From positions 416,001-480,000 of the forward strand of contig CAWCNY010000001.1 of the NCBI GenBank assembly GCA_963797095.1: a stretch of 64,000 nt of DNA. The letters are read 5' to 3'. This DNA comes from an uncultured Chloroflexia bacterium (GTDB taxonomy: Bacteria > Chloroflexota > Chloroflexia > QHBQ01 > JADMIH01). Below the pieces are notes generated by a model. That model ran no database searches and had not been told where the DNA came from. It saw only the letters and a list, made by a program, of their open reading frames with translations. A program made the translations under genes and the position numbers. This document shows, in pieces, positions 39,678 through 49,786 of the stretch; positions within the stretch are counted from its first letter, which is position 1; each line of letters begins with the position of its first letter.

Positions 39678-40871
39678 ATGCTAACATACCTGATACGCCA
39701 ATTCATTCAGACACTAATCTTCATCTTGCTTGCGTGGCTAGTGCTTTATACCGTGCTGATTTATCTCATGCCAGGGGGGCCAGCGAACCGTTACAGTGCG
39801 GTAACGCAAGATCGTGCATTCCGTAATACACAGCGCCTCCTGGAGCAGCAGTATAGCCTCGATAAGCCCTGGCCACTCAGTTTCCTGGGGTGGCTCTACA
39901 ATCCTGATGAAATGACCGACACAGTCCTCGATGAAAACGACAAGCCAATTGAGATCACGAAGGGTATTGATTTTACAGTCGGCCCTATTCACCTCAGAGG
40001 GTCCGGTATGCTGACGGGAGATTTCGGTCGTCAAGAGCGCGTTCTAGGAGCACGCTTTATACCTTCGCAGCCGGTTGCAGACGCTATCGGTGCACGCTGG
40101 GTCAACACGGTCACGATGATAGGTTTGGCCTTCATAATAGCCGTGCTAGCGGCCATCCCCATAGGAATCATAGCAGCAGTAAGGCAAGGAACCTTGCTGG
40201 ACAATACGCTGACTTTCGCCACTTTTACGGGATTCTCTATACCCCCTTTTATGCTTGGTCTACTAATGGCGATCATTTTTGGGATACTGCCCTATCAGTT
40301 CAGAGCACGCTTTGGTTGGGAGTGGCTCCCCTATTTCCCAGGAGCGCTTGCATCAAGTAGTCTAGATTTGTCCAATAACCTCGCTGATCGCCTGTACCAT
40401 CTGGTGCTGCCAGTCGCCACTCTGGCCTTGCCCCAGATAGCGCTGTTATCCAGGCATGTGCGCTTCTCCATGCTTGAGATTATTGGGCAGGACTACATAC
40501 GAACCGCCTGGGCTAAAGGGTTATCCGCCAGACGAGTGATATTAAGGCACACGTTTCGTAATGCCCTAATACCCATAATTACAACAGTGGGGCTGATTAT
40601 GCCCGTCTTGCTAACAGGGGCAGTCATGGTGGAATCAGTTTTCGGTTACCCAGGCATGGGACAGCTTTATTTCAAGGCGCTCGGCGGGTGCCTCGCAACC
40701 GGTACAACGGGCGAGGGATTATGTCCTCCGGGCCAAGCTCTACTTCCCTTGGACTATCCGATGACCCTTGCGCTTACCATTATGATGATTGCGGCGGTCG
40801 CCTTCGCCAATATGATTGCGGATATCTTCTACACTTTCGCCGATCCAAGGATCAACTACAAGACTCTTTAG
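39678..40871 (+). CDS. OppB/DppB-type ABC permease
   Basis: QDYIRTA.AKGL, H..RNALIP, ESVF.YPGMG, DPRI. Confidence 0.9.
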   Translation: MLTYLIRQFIQTLIFILLAWLVLYTVLIYLMPGGPANRYSAVTQDRAFRNTQRLLEQQYSLDKPWPLSFLGWLYNPDEMTDTVLDENDKPIEITKGIDFTVGPIHLRGSGMLTGDFGRQERVLGARFIPSQPVADAIGARWVNTVTMIGLAFIIAVLAAIPIGIIAAVRQGTLLDNTLTFATFTGFSIPPFMLGLLMAIIFGILPYQFRARFGWEWLPYFPGALASSSLDLSNNLADRLYHLVLPVATLALPQIALLSRHVRFSMLEIIGQDYIRTAWAKGLSARRVILRHTFRNALIPIITTVGLIMPVLLTGAVMVESVFGYPGMGQLYFKALGGCLATGTTGEGLCPPGQALLPLDYPMTLALTIMMIAAVAFANMIADIFYTFADPRINYKTL

Positions 40872-40932
40872 GTCGAGTTTTCAAGCATAGAAGGCTTCTA
40901 GACAATTCCATTTCGATAGTTCCCAACCACCA

Positions 40933-41030
40933 ACATCCGATAATATTGATTATCTGCTGGTTTCCCTGTGGTATACTGCTGATAACGCGCAAAATCTGGG
41001 GTGCTAATCCGCCTAAAGTACATCCGATAA
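40933..41030. promoter_or_regulatory. Candidate resolution site for the tyrosine recombinase
   Basis: Inverted GATAAT-ATTG-ATTATC core (40939-40954); ACATCCGATAA repeated at 40933 and 41020; another GATAAC at 40981. Confidence 0.55.
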
Positions 41031-41045
41031 CAGGGAGAGTGGGTT

Positions 41046-42047
41046 ATGGGTGCCAGCAATGCCAGGACAAGAGCCACTAGGAGTACCGATGCTACGACTG
41101 CTACCACTACCAAGAACTCATCTACTCCTCTGGCGCCCTCTGTAGCCCTGGTCACCTATCTGGAGTGGCTCAACAAGCAGCCTCTGGCCGGTAACACCCG
41201 GCGCACTTACCGTGTTCGTGTAACCCAGTACTGCGACTTCCTGGCGAGCTACCCCACTCGCTATGGTGACTATGGTGACCCCCTGCGGGAACGGTCCGCC
41301 CGCGACTACGCCGTCCGTGACTACAAAGCACATCTGCAAACTGTTCGCCATGCCAAACCCAGCTCAGTCAATCTCACCCTGGCAGCCCTGGATCACTTCT
41401 ACCGCTTCCTGAGCCTTGGCCCTCCCCGTGTTGATCGAGAGGACCTGCCTCAGCAGGCTCCGAAGGCGTTAGAACAAGACGAGCAAGTGCGCTTCTTGCG
41501 TGCAGTGGAGCGCAGCGCCTCGGTACGTGATCGAGCCATTGCTCTGTTGCTATTTTACACCGGTCTACGAATCGGTGAAGTTGCCGCCCTTGATGTCGAC
41601 GATGCCCCCGTGTCTGCCCGCAAAGGCAAGGTCATCGTCCGGTTGGGGAAAGGCCAGACCTACCGTGAAGTGCCACTGAACGTCGAAGTTCGCAATGCTC
41701 TCACCGCATGGGTGGAGGATCGAAGCAAGGACTTTCCTCAACATGGTTATGGTCAATACGATACCAAGGTCGGTAATGATGCTTTGTTCTTGAATCGCTC
41801 AGGTGGTAGGCTCTCATCCCGCGCCATTGACTCGCTGCTGCGTCGTCTAGCCACCGAAGCTGGATTGAGCCTGTCCGCCCATACCTTACGCCACACCTGC
41901 CTTACCAACCTTGTGCGGCAGGGTACGGACCTGGTGCTGGTGGCGGAACTTGCCGGACACAAACGCCTTGAGACCACTCGTCGCTACAGCCTGCCGAGCG
42001 CAAGCGAGCGGGAAGCTGCTATGGAAAAGCTGAAGGTACGCTACTAA
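41046..42047 (+). CDS. Tyrosine recombinase (TnpI-like resolvase)
   Basis: TGLRIGE (R), GKG (K), HTLRH (HxxR), AGH, RY (Y); directly upstream of tnpA. Confidence 0.9.
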   Translation: MGASNARTRATRSTDATTATTTKNSSTPLAPSVALVTYLEWLNKQPLAGNTRRTYRVRVTQYCDFLASYPTRYGDYGDPLRERSARDYAVRDYKAHLQTVRHAKPSSVNLTLAALDHFYRFLSLGPPRVDREDLPQQAPKALEQDEQVRFLRAVERSASVRDRAIALLLFYTGLRIGEVAALDVDDAPVSARKGKVIVRLGKGQTYREVPLNVEVRNALTAWVEDRSKDFPQHGYGQYDTKVGNDALFLNRSGGRLSSRAIDSLLRRLATEAGLSLSAHTLRHTCLTNLVRQGTDLVLVAELAGHKRLETTRRYSLPSASEREAAMEKLKVRY

Positions 42048-42197
42048 GGCCACTAGCGCCACTAGCGCCACTAGCGCTACAAACGCCACTAAGACTGCTG
42101 AGCTTGAGCTACTAATGTCCTCCGGTTCGAACCAGGGGTTCAATTAACGTGCCGTTTATTAATTCATTCTTGAATACATAATTGAGGTGAGCCACTA

Positions 42198-45100
42198 ATG
42201 CCTGGCCAGTTTCTCACGGAGGCGGAGCGCGCTCGTTTGAACCGCTTTCCAGACGAGATTGCACCCGACGATCTGAATACATATTTCACACTTAGCCCAT
42301 CGGATCGCCAGTACATCCAGCTTCATCACCGGCCCGCGACTCAGCTGGGCGTCGCCCTTCAGCTCTGTGCCCTGCGCTACCTTGGCTTCTCTCCCGCCAA
42401 CTTGAAGGCGGCTCCCAAAGATGTGGTCCACTTCCTCTCCCAGCAACTTGCAGTGTCAGATGATACTCTGACCAGCTATGGGCAAAGAGCGCAAACTCGC
42501 ACCGAGCAGTGGCAACTGGTGCAGGAATACCTGGGTTACATGGGAGCAACGTCAGCAGACCTGGAGATGCTTACCACCTGGCTCATTGAGCGGGCACAAG
42601 AACACGATAAGCCTACTGTGCTCTTCCAATTGGCAGCCGAAAAGCTGCACACCGACAAGATCGTGCGGCCGGGAGTAACTGTCCTGGAACGGATAGTCGC
42701 TCGTGCTCGAGATCGAGCTTACAAGGAAACTCTACACAAACTTCAACCATTGTGCTGAGTGCGGAGCGTGGAGAGCGTGGAGAGCGTGGAGAGCGCGGAG
42801 AGCGACGAGCGTGGTTGGACAGCTTGCTGGTGCCCGATGAGAGTTTGGGCCGCACCCGCTTCGACTGGCTCAAGAGGCGAGCGAGAGGCAACACCCCTAA
42901 AGCTGTGCTGTCGGCTATCGCTCGCATTACCTATCTGCGAGAGCAAGGGGTCGACAACTGGGATTTGTCCGCTATAAACCTGAACCGGCGCAAGTTCCTG
43001 GCGCGGTTGGGCAGGAAAACCTCCAGTTGGGCGCTTGGACGGGCACCTGGGTACCGCCGTTATCCGATCCTGGTGGCCTTTCTGCAGCAGACGCTCGAGG
43101 AGTTGATAGATGAAATCCTCGATCTGTTCGACCGCTACCTGGCTGATGCCGATAGCACCGCTCGCCAGAAACTGGACGAGTTCCGACGCACCACGGCAAG
43201 GGCAGCCAATGAGAAAGTGGTCCTCTTTGAAGAAGTGGGCGAGATCGTGTTGAACCCGGAAATCGCAGATGGGCAGTTGCGCCGATCCATTCACGAGCAG
43301 ATCTCTCCCGAAAAGATGAGAGTGGCGGTGGAGGAATGCAAGCGCCTACGCCGACCGCTTGACGACAACTACTACGACTTCCTGGCCGACTGCTACCCTA
43401 CGCTGCGCCAGTTCACGCCTGCTCTTCTTTCTACTCTCACTTTCCGGTCTAATCGAGCAACCAGTGCCTTGCTTGAAGCCGTCGACTTCGTGCGACAGTT
43501 GAACGAGGAGCGTAAGCGCAAGGTATACACTACCGCTCCAATGGGGTTCGTGCCGTCTCGTTGGCACTCCTACCTCCGCCCAATCAGCCCCATCAGTAAA
43601 GTAACCAGTCGGGATACGAATAAGGATACAAAGAGATACCGCAACACGCACAAGATGAACAACAAAGGGGAGAAGGATCATGGAGAGATCTCCCGCCGTT
43701 ATTACGAGTTGTGCGTGTTGTGGGAGTTGAGGGTAGCGTTGCGAGCAGGCAATATCTGGGTGGAGGGCAGCCGCCGCTATGCCGACCCGGAGAGCTACCT
43801 TATGTCACAAGCGGAGTGGAAGACCAGGCGGGCTGAATTCTGCACGCTGATGGGTGCTCCTATTGACGGTGCCGAACGCCTGGGCGAGCATAAGCAGGCG
43901 CTGACTGAGCACATGAACGAACTTGGCGAGGTGTTGGACCGCGACGAGCATGAGGATGGGCACGGGCACGGCTATGGGTATGAACAAGTGAGGCTGGAAG
44001 ATGGGGAGTTGGTGATTTCGCCTTTGGAAGCTGAGGAGTTACCGGACAGCATGCATTTGTTGGAGGGTCAGGTAGCGGCACGTCTGCCGAGGCTGGAACT
44101 GGCTGACCTGGTGGTTGAGGTAGATGGCTGGACCCACTTTACTGACCATTTCACCCATGCGGCAGGGAGCGAACCCAGAACACAAACAAACCTGGGTCTG
44201 CATGACATGGAGCACATCACCGAGTTCTCGCCCAAGGAGTTGGCCTGGTGTTCGAATTGGTACTTGAGGGACGATACCCTTCGCCCGGCAATCGCCACGT
44301 TGGTGAACCACCAACACCGCCAACCTCTGAGCCAGCTGTGGGGTGGAGGCACACTCTCCTCCTCGGACGGTCAGCGCTTTCCAGTGGGAGTGCCCTCGCG
44401 TCACGCACGTCCCCTGCCTCGATACTTTGCCTACCGGGACGAAGGGGTGACGTTTTACACCTGGACGGGTGACCAATGGCCACAGTACGGTACGAAGGTG
44501 ACACCGGTGACAGCCCGTGATGCCGCTTATGTGCTGGATGAGATTCTCGGCAATGAGAGTGAGTTGGAGATTGCCGAGCATACTACAGATACTTCGGGCT
44601 ATACCGAAATGCTGTTTGCCGCGTTCGCGCTTCTGGGACTGCAATTCGCGCCACGCATCCGCGACCTCCAAGATCAGCGCCTCTACCGCCTGCCTGGGAT
44701 GGTAGTGAGTCCCGACGTAGCTCCCCTCTTCAAAGGCACGATCAACACGGGCTTAATCCTGGAGAACTGGGACGAAATGCTGAGGCTAGCGGGGTCTCTG
44801 AAACTGGGCTTGGTCACAGCCTCGCTGACGTTAGGGAAGTTGCAGACGGTGCCCCGCAAGAATGTATTGGCAAAGGCTCTGCAAGAATATGGGCGGCTCG
44901 TAAAGACGTTGTTCATCCTGCGCTACCTGAAAAGCCCTGAGTATCGCCATCAGATAGAGCGGCAACTGAACAAGGGAGAGTCTCTGCATGCACTGCGACG
45001 CTTTCTGTTCTTCGGCAATTTGGGTCGGTTGCGCAAGGGAGAGGAAGAAGAGCACACGACACAGGCGCAAGTGCTGACGCTGGTCACAAATACCGTGGTG

Positions 45101-45319
45101 GTGTGGAACACAGTGTATATGATGGCGGTACTTGATGAACTACGAGCGGGAGGCTATGAGGTACGGGACGAAGATGCGAAACACCTCTCGCCAGCACGCC
45201 ACGAGCACATCAACCCACATGGCAAGTATCACTTCGATTTGGAGCGGGAGTTGGGGCGGCAAGGATTGCGACCATTGCGCAAACCTTCATCAGTACCTAT
45301 GAAACGACAACCCAACTAA
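42198..45319 (+). pseudogene. tnpA: Tn3-family transposase, frameshifted at about 42752
   Basis: N-terminal LG.ALQL..LRYLG, SSDGQRF, TDTSGYT, LNKGE.LH.L, SP...EHIN..G.Y; split into two ORFs. Confidence 0.9.
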
Positions 45320-45358
45320 TCCAACCGTTGTTTTTTGTCCGGATGAGGTCGGATCCCC

Positions 45359-45385
45359 ATCCTCGCGTGCCGGTACCATTATTGA
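45359..45385 (+). pseudogene. yoeB: yoeB C-terminal end after the transposon
   Basis: ATC CTC GCG TGC CGG TAC CAT TAT TGA = ILACRYHY*, the YoeB C-terminus. Confidence 0.85.
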
Positions 45386-45570
45386 ACCGTCATTTATTGA
45401 ACCGTCATTGAACGACTTATCGTCGAACCCACATTGAGTGAGCCGGTCCCCAGGCTCCCCTGGGCTCTCGCTGCCGACCCAGGTCAGACTGGAAACCGCC
45501 CGATTACCCTTCACAGATACCCTGTCGGACCGTTTTAGTGCGTAACCTAAGTTTGGCTAACAGCAACCCC

Positions 45571-47097
45571 TTACCTGCCCAGTCTGCCCGTAAGCAGGTA
45601 ATAAGCATCATTCCACTGCACTTCCTTTTTGAAACCTGATAGCCGAGTATCTGCATCTATCAGGAGGAACTCCAGGCCTGCGATCTCGGCAAAATCCGCA
45701 AGGTGCTGCGACGTTAGCGAGAAGCTAAAGCCTGTGTGGTGGGCGCCGCCCGCCAGGATCCAGGCAGTGGTCGCGGTCTTGAAGTCGGGCCTGGGCAACC
45801 ATAGAGCTCGCGCCGTTGGCAGCTTGGGCATTGCCTCTTCTCGCTCCACCGCGTCTACCTCATTCACAATCATGCGGAAGCGGTTGCCCAAGTCAACGAT
45901 CGAGGTGGCCACTGCAGGCCCCGTCCGCGCGTCGAACACCACACGCACGGGGTCCGCCTTGCCGCCGATGGAGAGGGGGTGCACCTCAAGCCGGGGCCTG
46001 CTGCCGCTCACGGCTATAGTCTCGCACACTTCGAGCATGTGCGAGCCGAGTATCTTTGTGTCGCCCTTGCCGAAGTGATAGGTGTAGTCCTCCATGAAAG
46101 AGGTGCCACCTTCGAGCCCTGCGTCCATGACCTTCATGGCGCGCACCAGCGCCGCGGTCTTCCAGTCGCCCTCTGCTCCGTACCCGTAGCCGTCTGCCAT
46201 CAGTCGCTGCGCAGCCAGGCCTGGTAACTGGTCTATCCCGTGCAGATTCTCGAAGGTGGTGGTGAAGCCCTTGAAGTTGCCCTCCTCAAGGAAGCGTCGT
46301 ATACCCGCCTCCAACCGTGCTCCCGCCCGGAGGCGCTCATGTCTCTCGCCGTTCTTGCCAAGCTCTGCGGCCACGTCGTACTGGTCGTTGTACGCCTCTA
46401 CCAAGTTATCTATCTCCAGCTCGGGTACTGCCTCTACGTACTCGACCAGATCGCCCAAGCCGTAGCCGTTGACCGAATAGCCGAAGCGCAGTTGCGCCTC
46501 TACCTTATCTCCCTCAGTGACCGCCACCTCTCGCATGTTATCGCCGATGCGGGCGAAGCGAGCGCCCTGCGCATCGGCCCACGCGCATGCCGCTCTTGCC
46601 CACGTGCCAAGCTCCTTCTGCACGTCTTCGTCCTGCCAGTGGCCCACGACCACCTTGCGGTGCAGGCGAAGGCGCGAGCCGATGAAGCCGAACTCGCGGT
46701 CTCCATGGGCTGACTGGTTCAGGTTCATGAAGTCCATGTCGATGTCGGCCCACGGGATCTCGCGGTTGTACTGGGTGTCCAGGTGCGCCAGCGGCTTCTG
46801 CAGCAGCGACAATCCCGCGATCCACATCTTGGCGGGCGAGAAGGTGTGCATCCACGCCACTAATCCCACGCACTTCTCGGTGGAGTTGGCCTCGAGGCAC
46901 AAACGACGGATCTCGTCAGGGCCAGTTAGCACAGGTTTAACCACTACTCTCACCGGTATAGCTACCACCCTGTCCAGCGCATCGCCAATCTCCTTGGAGT
47001 GCTCAGCCACTTTCTCCAGCGTCTCGGGACCATAGAGGTGCTGGCTGCCTGTGATGAACCAGGCCTCGTATTGCTTCAGGTCAATTGCAGAAGGCAT
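45571..47097 (-). CDS. araA: L-arabinose isomerase
   Basis: [38 protein letters not shown]. Confidence 0.97.
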   Translation of the reverse strand: MPSAIDLKQYEAWFITGSQHLYGPETLEKVAEHSKEIGDALDRVVAIPVRVVVKPVLTGPDEIRRLCLEANSTEKCVGLVAWMHTFSPAKMWIAGLSLLQKPLAHLDTQYNREIPWADIDMDFMNLNQSAHGDREFGFIGSRLRLHRKVVVGHWQDEDVQKELGTWARAACAWADAQGARFARIGDNMREVAVTEGDKVEAQLRFGYSVNGYGLGDLVEYVEAVPELEIDNLVEAYNDQYDVAAELGKNGERHERLRAGARLEAGIRRFLEEGNFKGFTTTFENLHGIDQLPGLAAQRLMADGYGYGAEGDWKTAALVRAMKVMDAGLEGGTSFMEDYTYHFGKGDTKILGSHMLEVCETIAVSGSRPRLEVHPLSIGGKADPVRVVFDARTGPAVATSIVDLGNRFRMIVNEVDAVEREEAMPKLPTARALWLPRPDFKTATTAWILAGGAHHTGFSFSLTSQHLADFAEIAGLEFLLIDADTRLSGFKKEVQWNDAYYLLTGRLGR

Positions 47098-47153
47098 GCT
47101 CGTTTCTTCTCCTTTTGTCCTAGTGTCGTCGTGTCCTCATGCCGCCTACCCAC

Positions 47154-47795
47154 CTACTGGCCATAGACATTCTTATACCTATAGTGCAACTTGGCAACGT
47201 CCTCAGCCGGGATATTGTCAGGGGTGCCGAGTTGGAGGGCCAGCCAGACGGATGCGGCCACATCTTCAGTCATCACTGCGGCTTTGACCGCGGCATGGGC
47301 ATTCTTGCCAATCGTAAACACACCATGGTTCTTCAGTAGTACCGCTGGGGAGTTGCCTATGCTCTCGACCACCAGCTTACCGATTGACTCGTCACCGATC
47401 AGCGAGAAGCCGCCGCACGGTATCTCGCCGCCGAACTCATCGGCGATTGCCGTGAGCACCACAGGGATCGGCCTCCCTACTGCAGCGAAAGCAGTTGCGT
47501 AGCGGGAATGGGTATGTACCACGCCACCCACATCGGGGCGATGCCGGTAGATATATAGGTGGCTATAGGTATCGGAGGACGGCTTGAGGTCACCTTCAAC
47601 AATATTCCCCTCCAGGTCAAGCACCACCATATGCTCGGGACGCAGATGCTCGTAGCGTATGCCTGAAGGCTTTATAGCCACAAGCCCGGTTGCCGGGTCG
47701 CGGCAGCTGACGTTGCCCCCGGTCCAGGACACCAACTGGTTTTTCGGTAGCTCCAGGTGCAACTGGTAAAGTTCTTCTTTCAGTTCCTCTAGCAT
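47154..47795 (-). CDS. araD: L-ribulose-5-phosphate 4-epimerase
   Basis: WT.GNVS, IKPSG, PSSDT..H, VVHTHS, NHG, VYGQ. Confidence 0.92.
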   Translation of the reverse strand: MLEELKEELYQLHLELPKNQLVSWTGGNVSCRDPATGLVAIKPSGIRYEHLRPEHMVVLDLEGNIVEGDLKPSSDTYSHLYIYRHRPDVGGVVHTHSRYATAFAAVGRPIPVVLTAIADEFGGEIPCGGFSLIGDESIGKLVVESIGNSPAVLLKNHGVFTIGKNAHAAVKAAVMTEDVAASVWLALQLGTPDNIPAEDVAKLHYRYKNVYGQ

Positions 47796-47921
47796 AGTTT
47801 CTCCATTATTGTAGGACGGGTACCGCAGCTTTCAAGCTGTAACGTGATTTCGACTGCTAGCGACACCATGAATAGTGTAGTCCCCAAGTTATACCACGAG
47901 CGGTGTGGCACTAAATGCCTT

Positions 47922-49523
47922 CTACCTGAGGGTATCCACTGCGGCTCGTTCGATAACAAGTCCCTTCTTGTAGCGTTCCATGAACGCCGCAAAACCCTCG
48001 ACATCCCTCTGATCGGAAGCTATCGTCGTGCCGTGTTCCCCGGCAAAGACCTTGTTGTCGAGATAGGCTTCCAAGGGCTCATTCGTCGCCTTGCGGAGCA
48101 TATAGGCGGCAAGCAGTGCAATCCCCCAGGCGCCGCCCTCGCCTGCGGTCTCCATCACAGAAACGGGAACATTCATCGCTGCTGCCATGATCCTCTGCCC
48201 CACTTCCGCGGTTTTGAAGAAGCCGCCGTGACCGAGAACTTGCTCGAGTTGCACCTTTTCTTGTTCGAAGAGGATGTCCAATCCGATCTTCAAGGCGCCG
48301 AGTGCCGAGAACAGATGCACACGCATGAAGTTTGGTAGTGTGAAACGGCTTTGGGGCGTGCGAACGAATAGTGGGCGCCCTTCTTCAAGGTGGGTGATGT
48401 GCTCACCAGAAATATAATTATAAGCAAGGAGACCACCGCAATCTGCGTCGCCTGCCAGTGCCTCTTTATATAACACTTCAAACAGCTTGGCTTCACTCAT
48501 CTCCACACCAAGCGCACTGGCAAATTCCTCGAACAGATCGACCCATGCATTGAGATCGGACGTGCAGTTATTGCTATGCACCATGGCGACAGGCTTGCCT
48601 GTGGGCGTGGTCACCATGTCAATCTCGGGATATACTCTCGACAGAGCCTTCTCCAGAACGATCATGGCAAAGACTGATGTTCCTGCGGATACATTGCCGG
48701 TTCGCTCTGCAACGCTGTTCGTCGCGACCATGCCTGTGCCGGCGTCACCCTCAGGAGGACAGAGCGGGATACCCACCCGCAGTCGTCCGGTGGGGTCAAG
48801 CAACTTTGCGCCTTCTTCAGAGAGCACACCCGCGGCATCCCCGGCTACAAGCACCCTGGGCAGGATATCCTGGAGTTTCCACGGGAGCCCTTCCACTGCT
48901 AGATGTTCGTTGAACAGTTCTATCATGTGCTCATTGTAGTCGTTGGTCTGGCTATTTATGGGGAACATGCCTGATGCTTCGCCAACGCCCAATACCTTTT
49001 GCCCCGTCAGCTTCCAATGGACACAGCCTGCCAGCGTGGTCAGATAGTTGATGTCCTTGATATGAGGTTCGTTATTCAATACCGCCTGGTAGAGGTGTGC
49101 AATGCTCCAACGCTGGGGGATGTTAAATTGGAGGAGATCGGTGAGCTTCTCTGCTGCCTGGGCGGTGATTGTATTTCGCCATGTGCGAAACGGGGCGAGT
49201 AGATTCCCATTCTTATCGAATGCCATATAACCGTGCATCATTGCGCTGAAGCCGATGGCGCCAACAGTCTGGAGAGGGGTGTTATACCTCTCAAGCACTT
49301 CGTTGCTGAGCTTCCGAAAGCTGTGCTGCAGCCCTGTCCAAACATGGTCCAGGCTGTATGTCCAGATGCCGTCTTCGTACCGGTTCTCCCACTCATAGCT
49401 TCCTGATGCAATGGGTGCATGATCCTTGCCGATCAACACTGCCTTGATGCGCGTCGAACCGAACTCCACACCAAGAACGGTCTTTCCACTCTCAATTGCT
49501 TTCCCGGTAGCGTTTTGATCCAT
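47922..49523 (-). CDS. araB: FGGY-family sugar kinase, probable L-ribulokinase
   Basis: [23 protein letters not shown]; context with araA and araD. Confidence 0.8.
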   Translation of the reverse strand: MDQNATGKAIESGKTVLGVEFGSTRIKAVLIGKDHAPIASGSYEWENRYEDGIWTYSLDHVWTGLQHSFRKLSNEVLERYNTPLQTVGAIGFSAMMHGYMAFDKNGNLLAPFRTWRNTITAQAAEKLTDLLQFNIPQRWSIAHLYQAVLNNEPHIKDINYLTTLAGCVHWKLTGQKVLGVGEASGMFPINSQTNDYNEHMIELFNEHLAVEGLPWKLQDILPRVLVAGDAAGVLSEEGAKLLDPTGRLRVGIPLCPPEGDAGTGMVATNSVAERTGNVSAGTSVFAMIVLEKALSRVYPEIDMVTTPTGKPVAMVHSNNCTSDLNAWVDLFEEFASALGVEMSEAKLFEVLYKEALAGDADCGGLLAYNYISGEHITHLEEGRPLFVRTPQSRFTLPNFMRVHLFSALGALKIGLDILFEQEKVQLEQVLGHGGFFKTAEVGQRIMAAAMNVPVSVMETAGEGGAWGIALLAAYMLRKATNEPLEAYLDNKVFAGEHGTTIASDQRDVEGFAAFMERYKKGLVIERAAVDTLR

Positions 49524-49786
49524 GTTTCTGCATCCTATTTCTTGAAATCGTTAGTTCGCACGTATAGCACCTACCGCGCTGCACAAGCGTGAGCCTGTCT
49601 CGGGACGAAATGGGGAAGCAGGCGCTGGTAAAGGCTGTAAAATTCGTCGTCCCATATCTACCATATGTCAGACTTGCTGCTTTCAGTCTGATCAGTTATA
49701 TCACTCATGTGGTGGCACTCTCTGTTTGAGGGTAGCTTACCGCGTGGTCCGAAGAAGCGTCACTGTAATACTAGAAGAGTAGAGGC

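Larger units (their letters stand above)
35271..45358 (+). mobile_element. Tn3-family transposon with tyrosine-recombinase resolvase and cargo
   Basis: Perfect 35-bp IRs GGGGATCCGACCTCATCCGGACAAAAAACAACGGT (35271-35305, 45324-45358); 5-bp duplication ATCCT. Confidence 0.95.

Noticed and set aside
45379-45425. 15-bp repeats TTATTGAACCGTCAT as a CRISPR array or iterons
   Set aside because: Only two good adjacent copies with no spacers; simple tandem duplication
45533-45570. Alternative Tn3 right end (CCCC next to the araA stop)
   Set aside because: No matching partner; the true IR with target duplication is at 45324-45358
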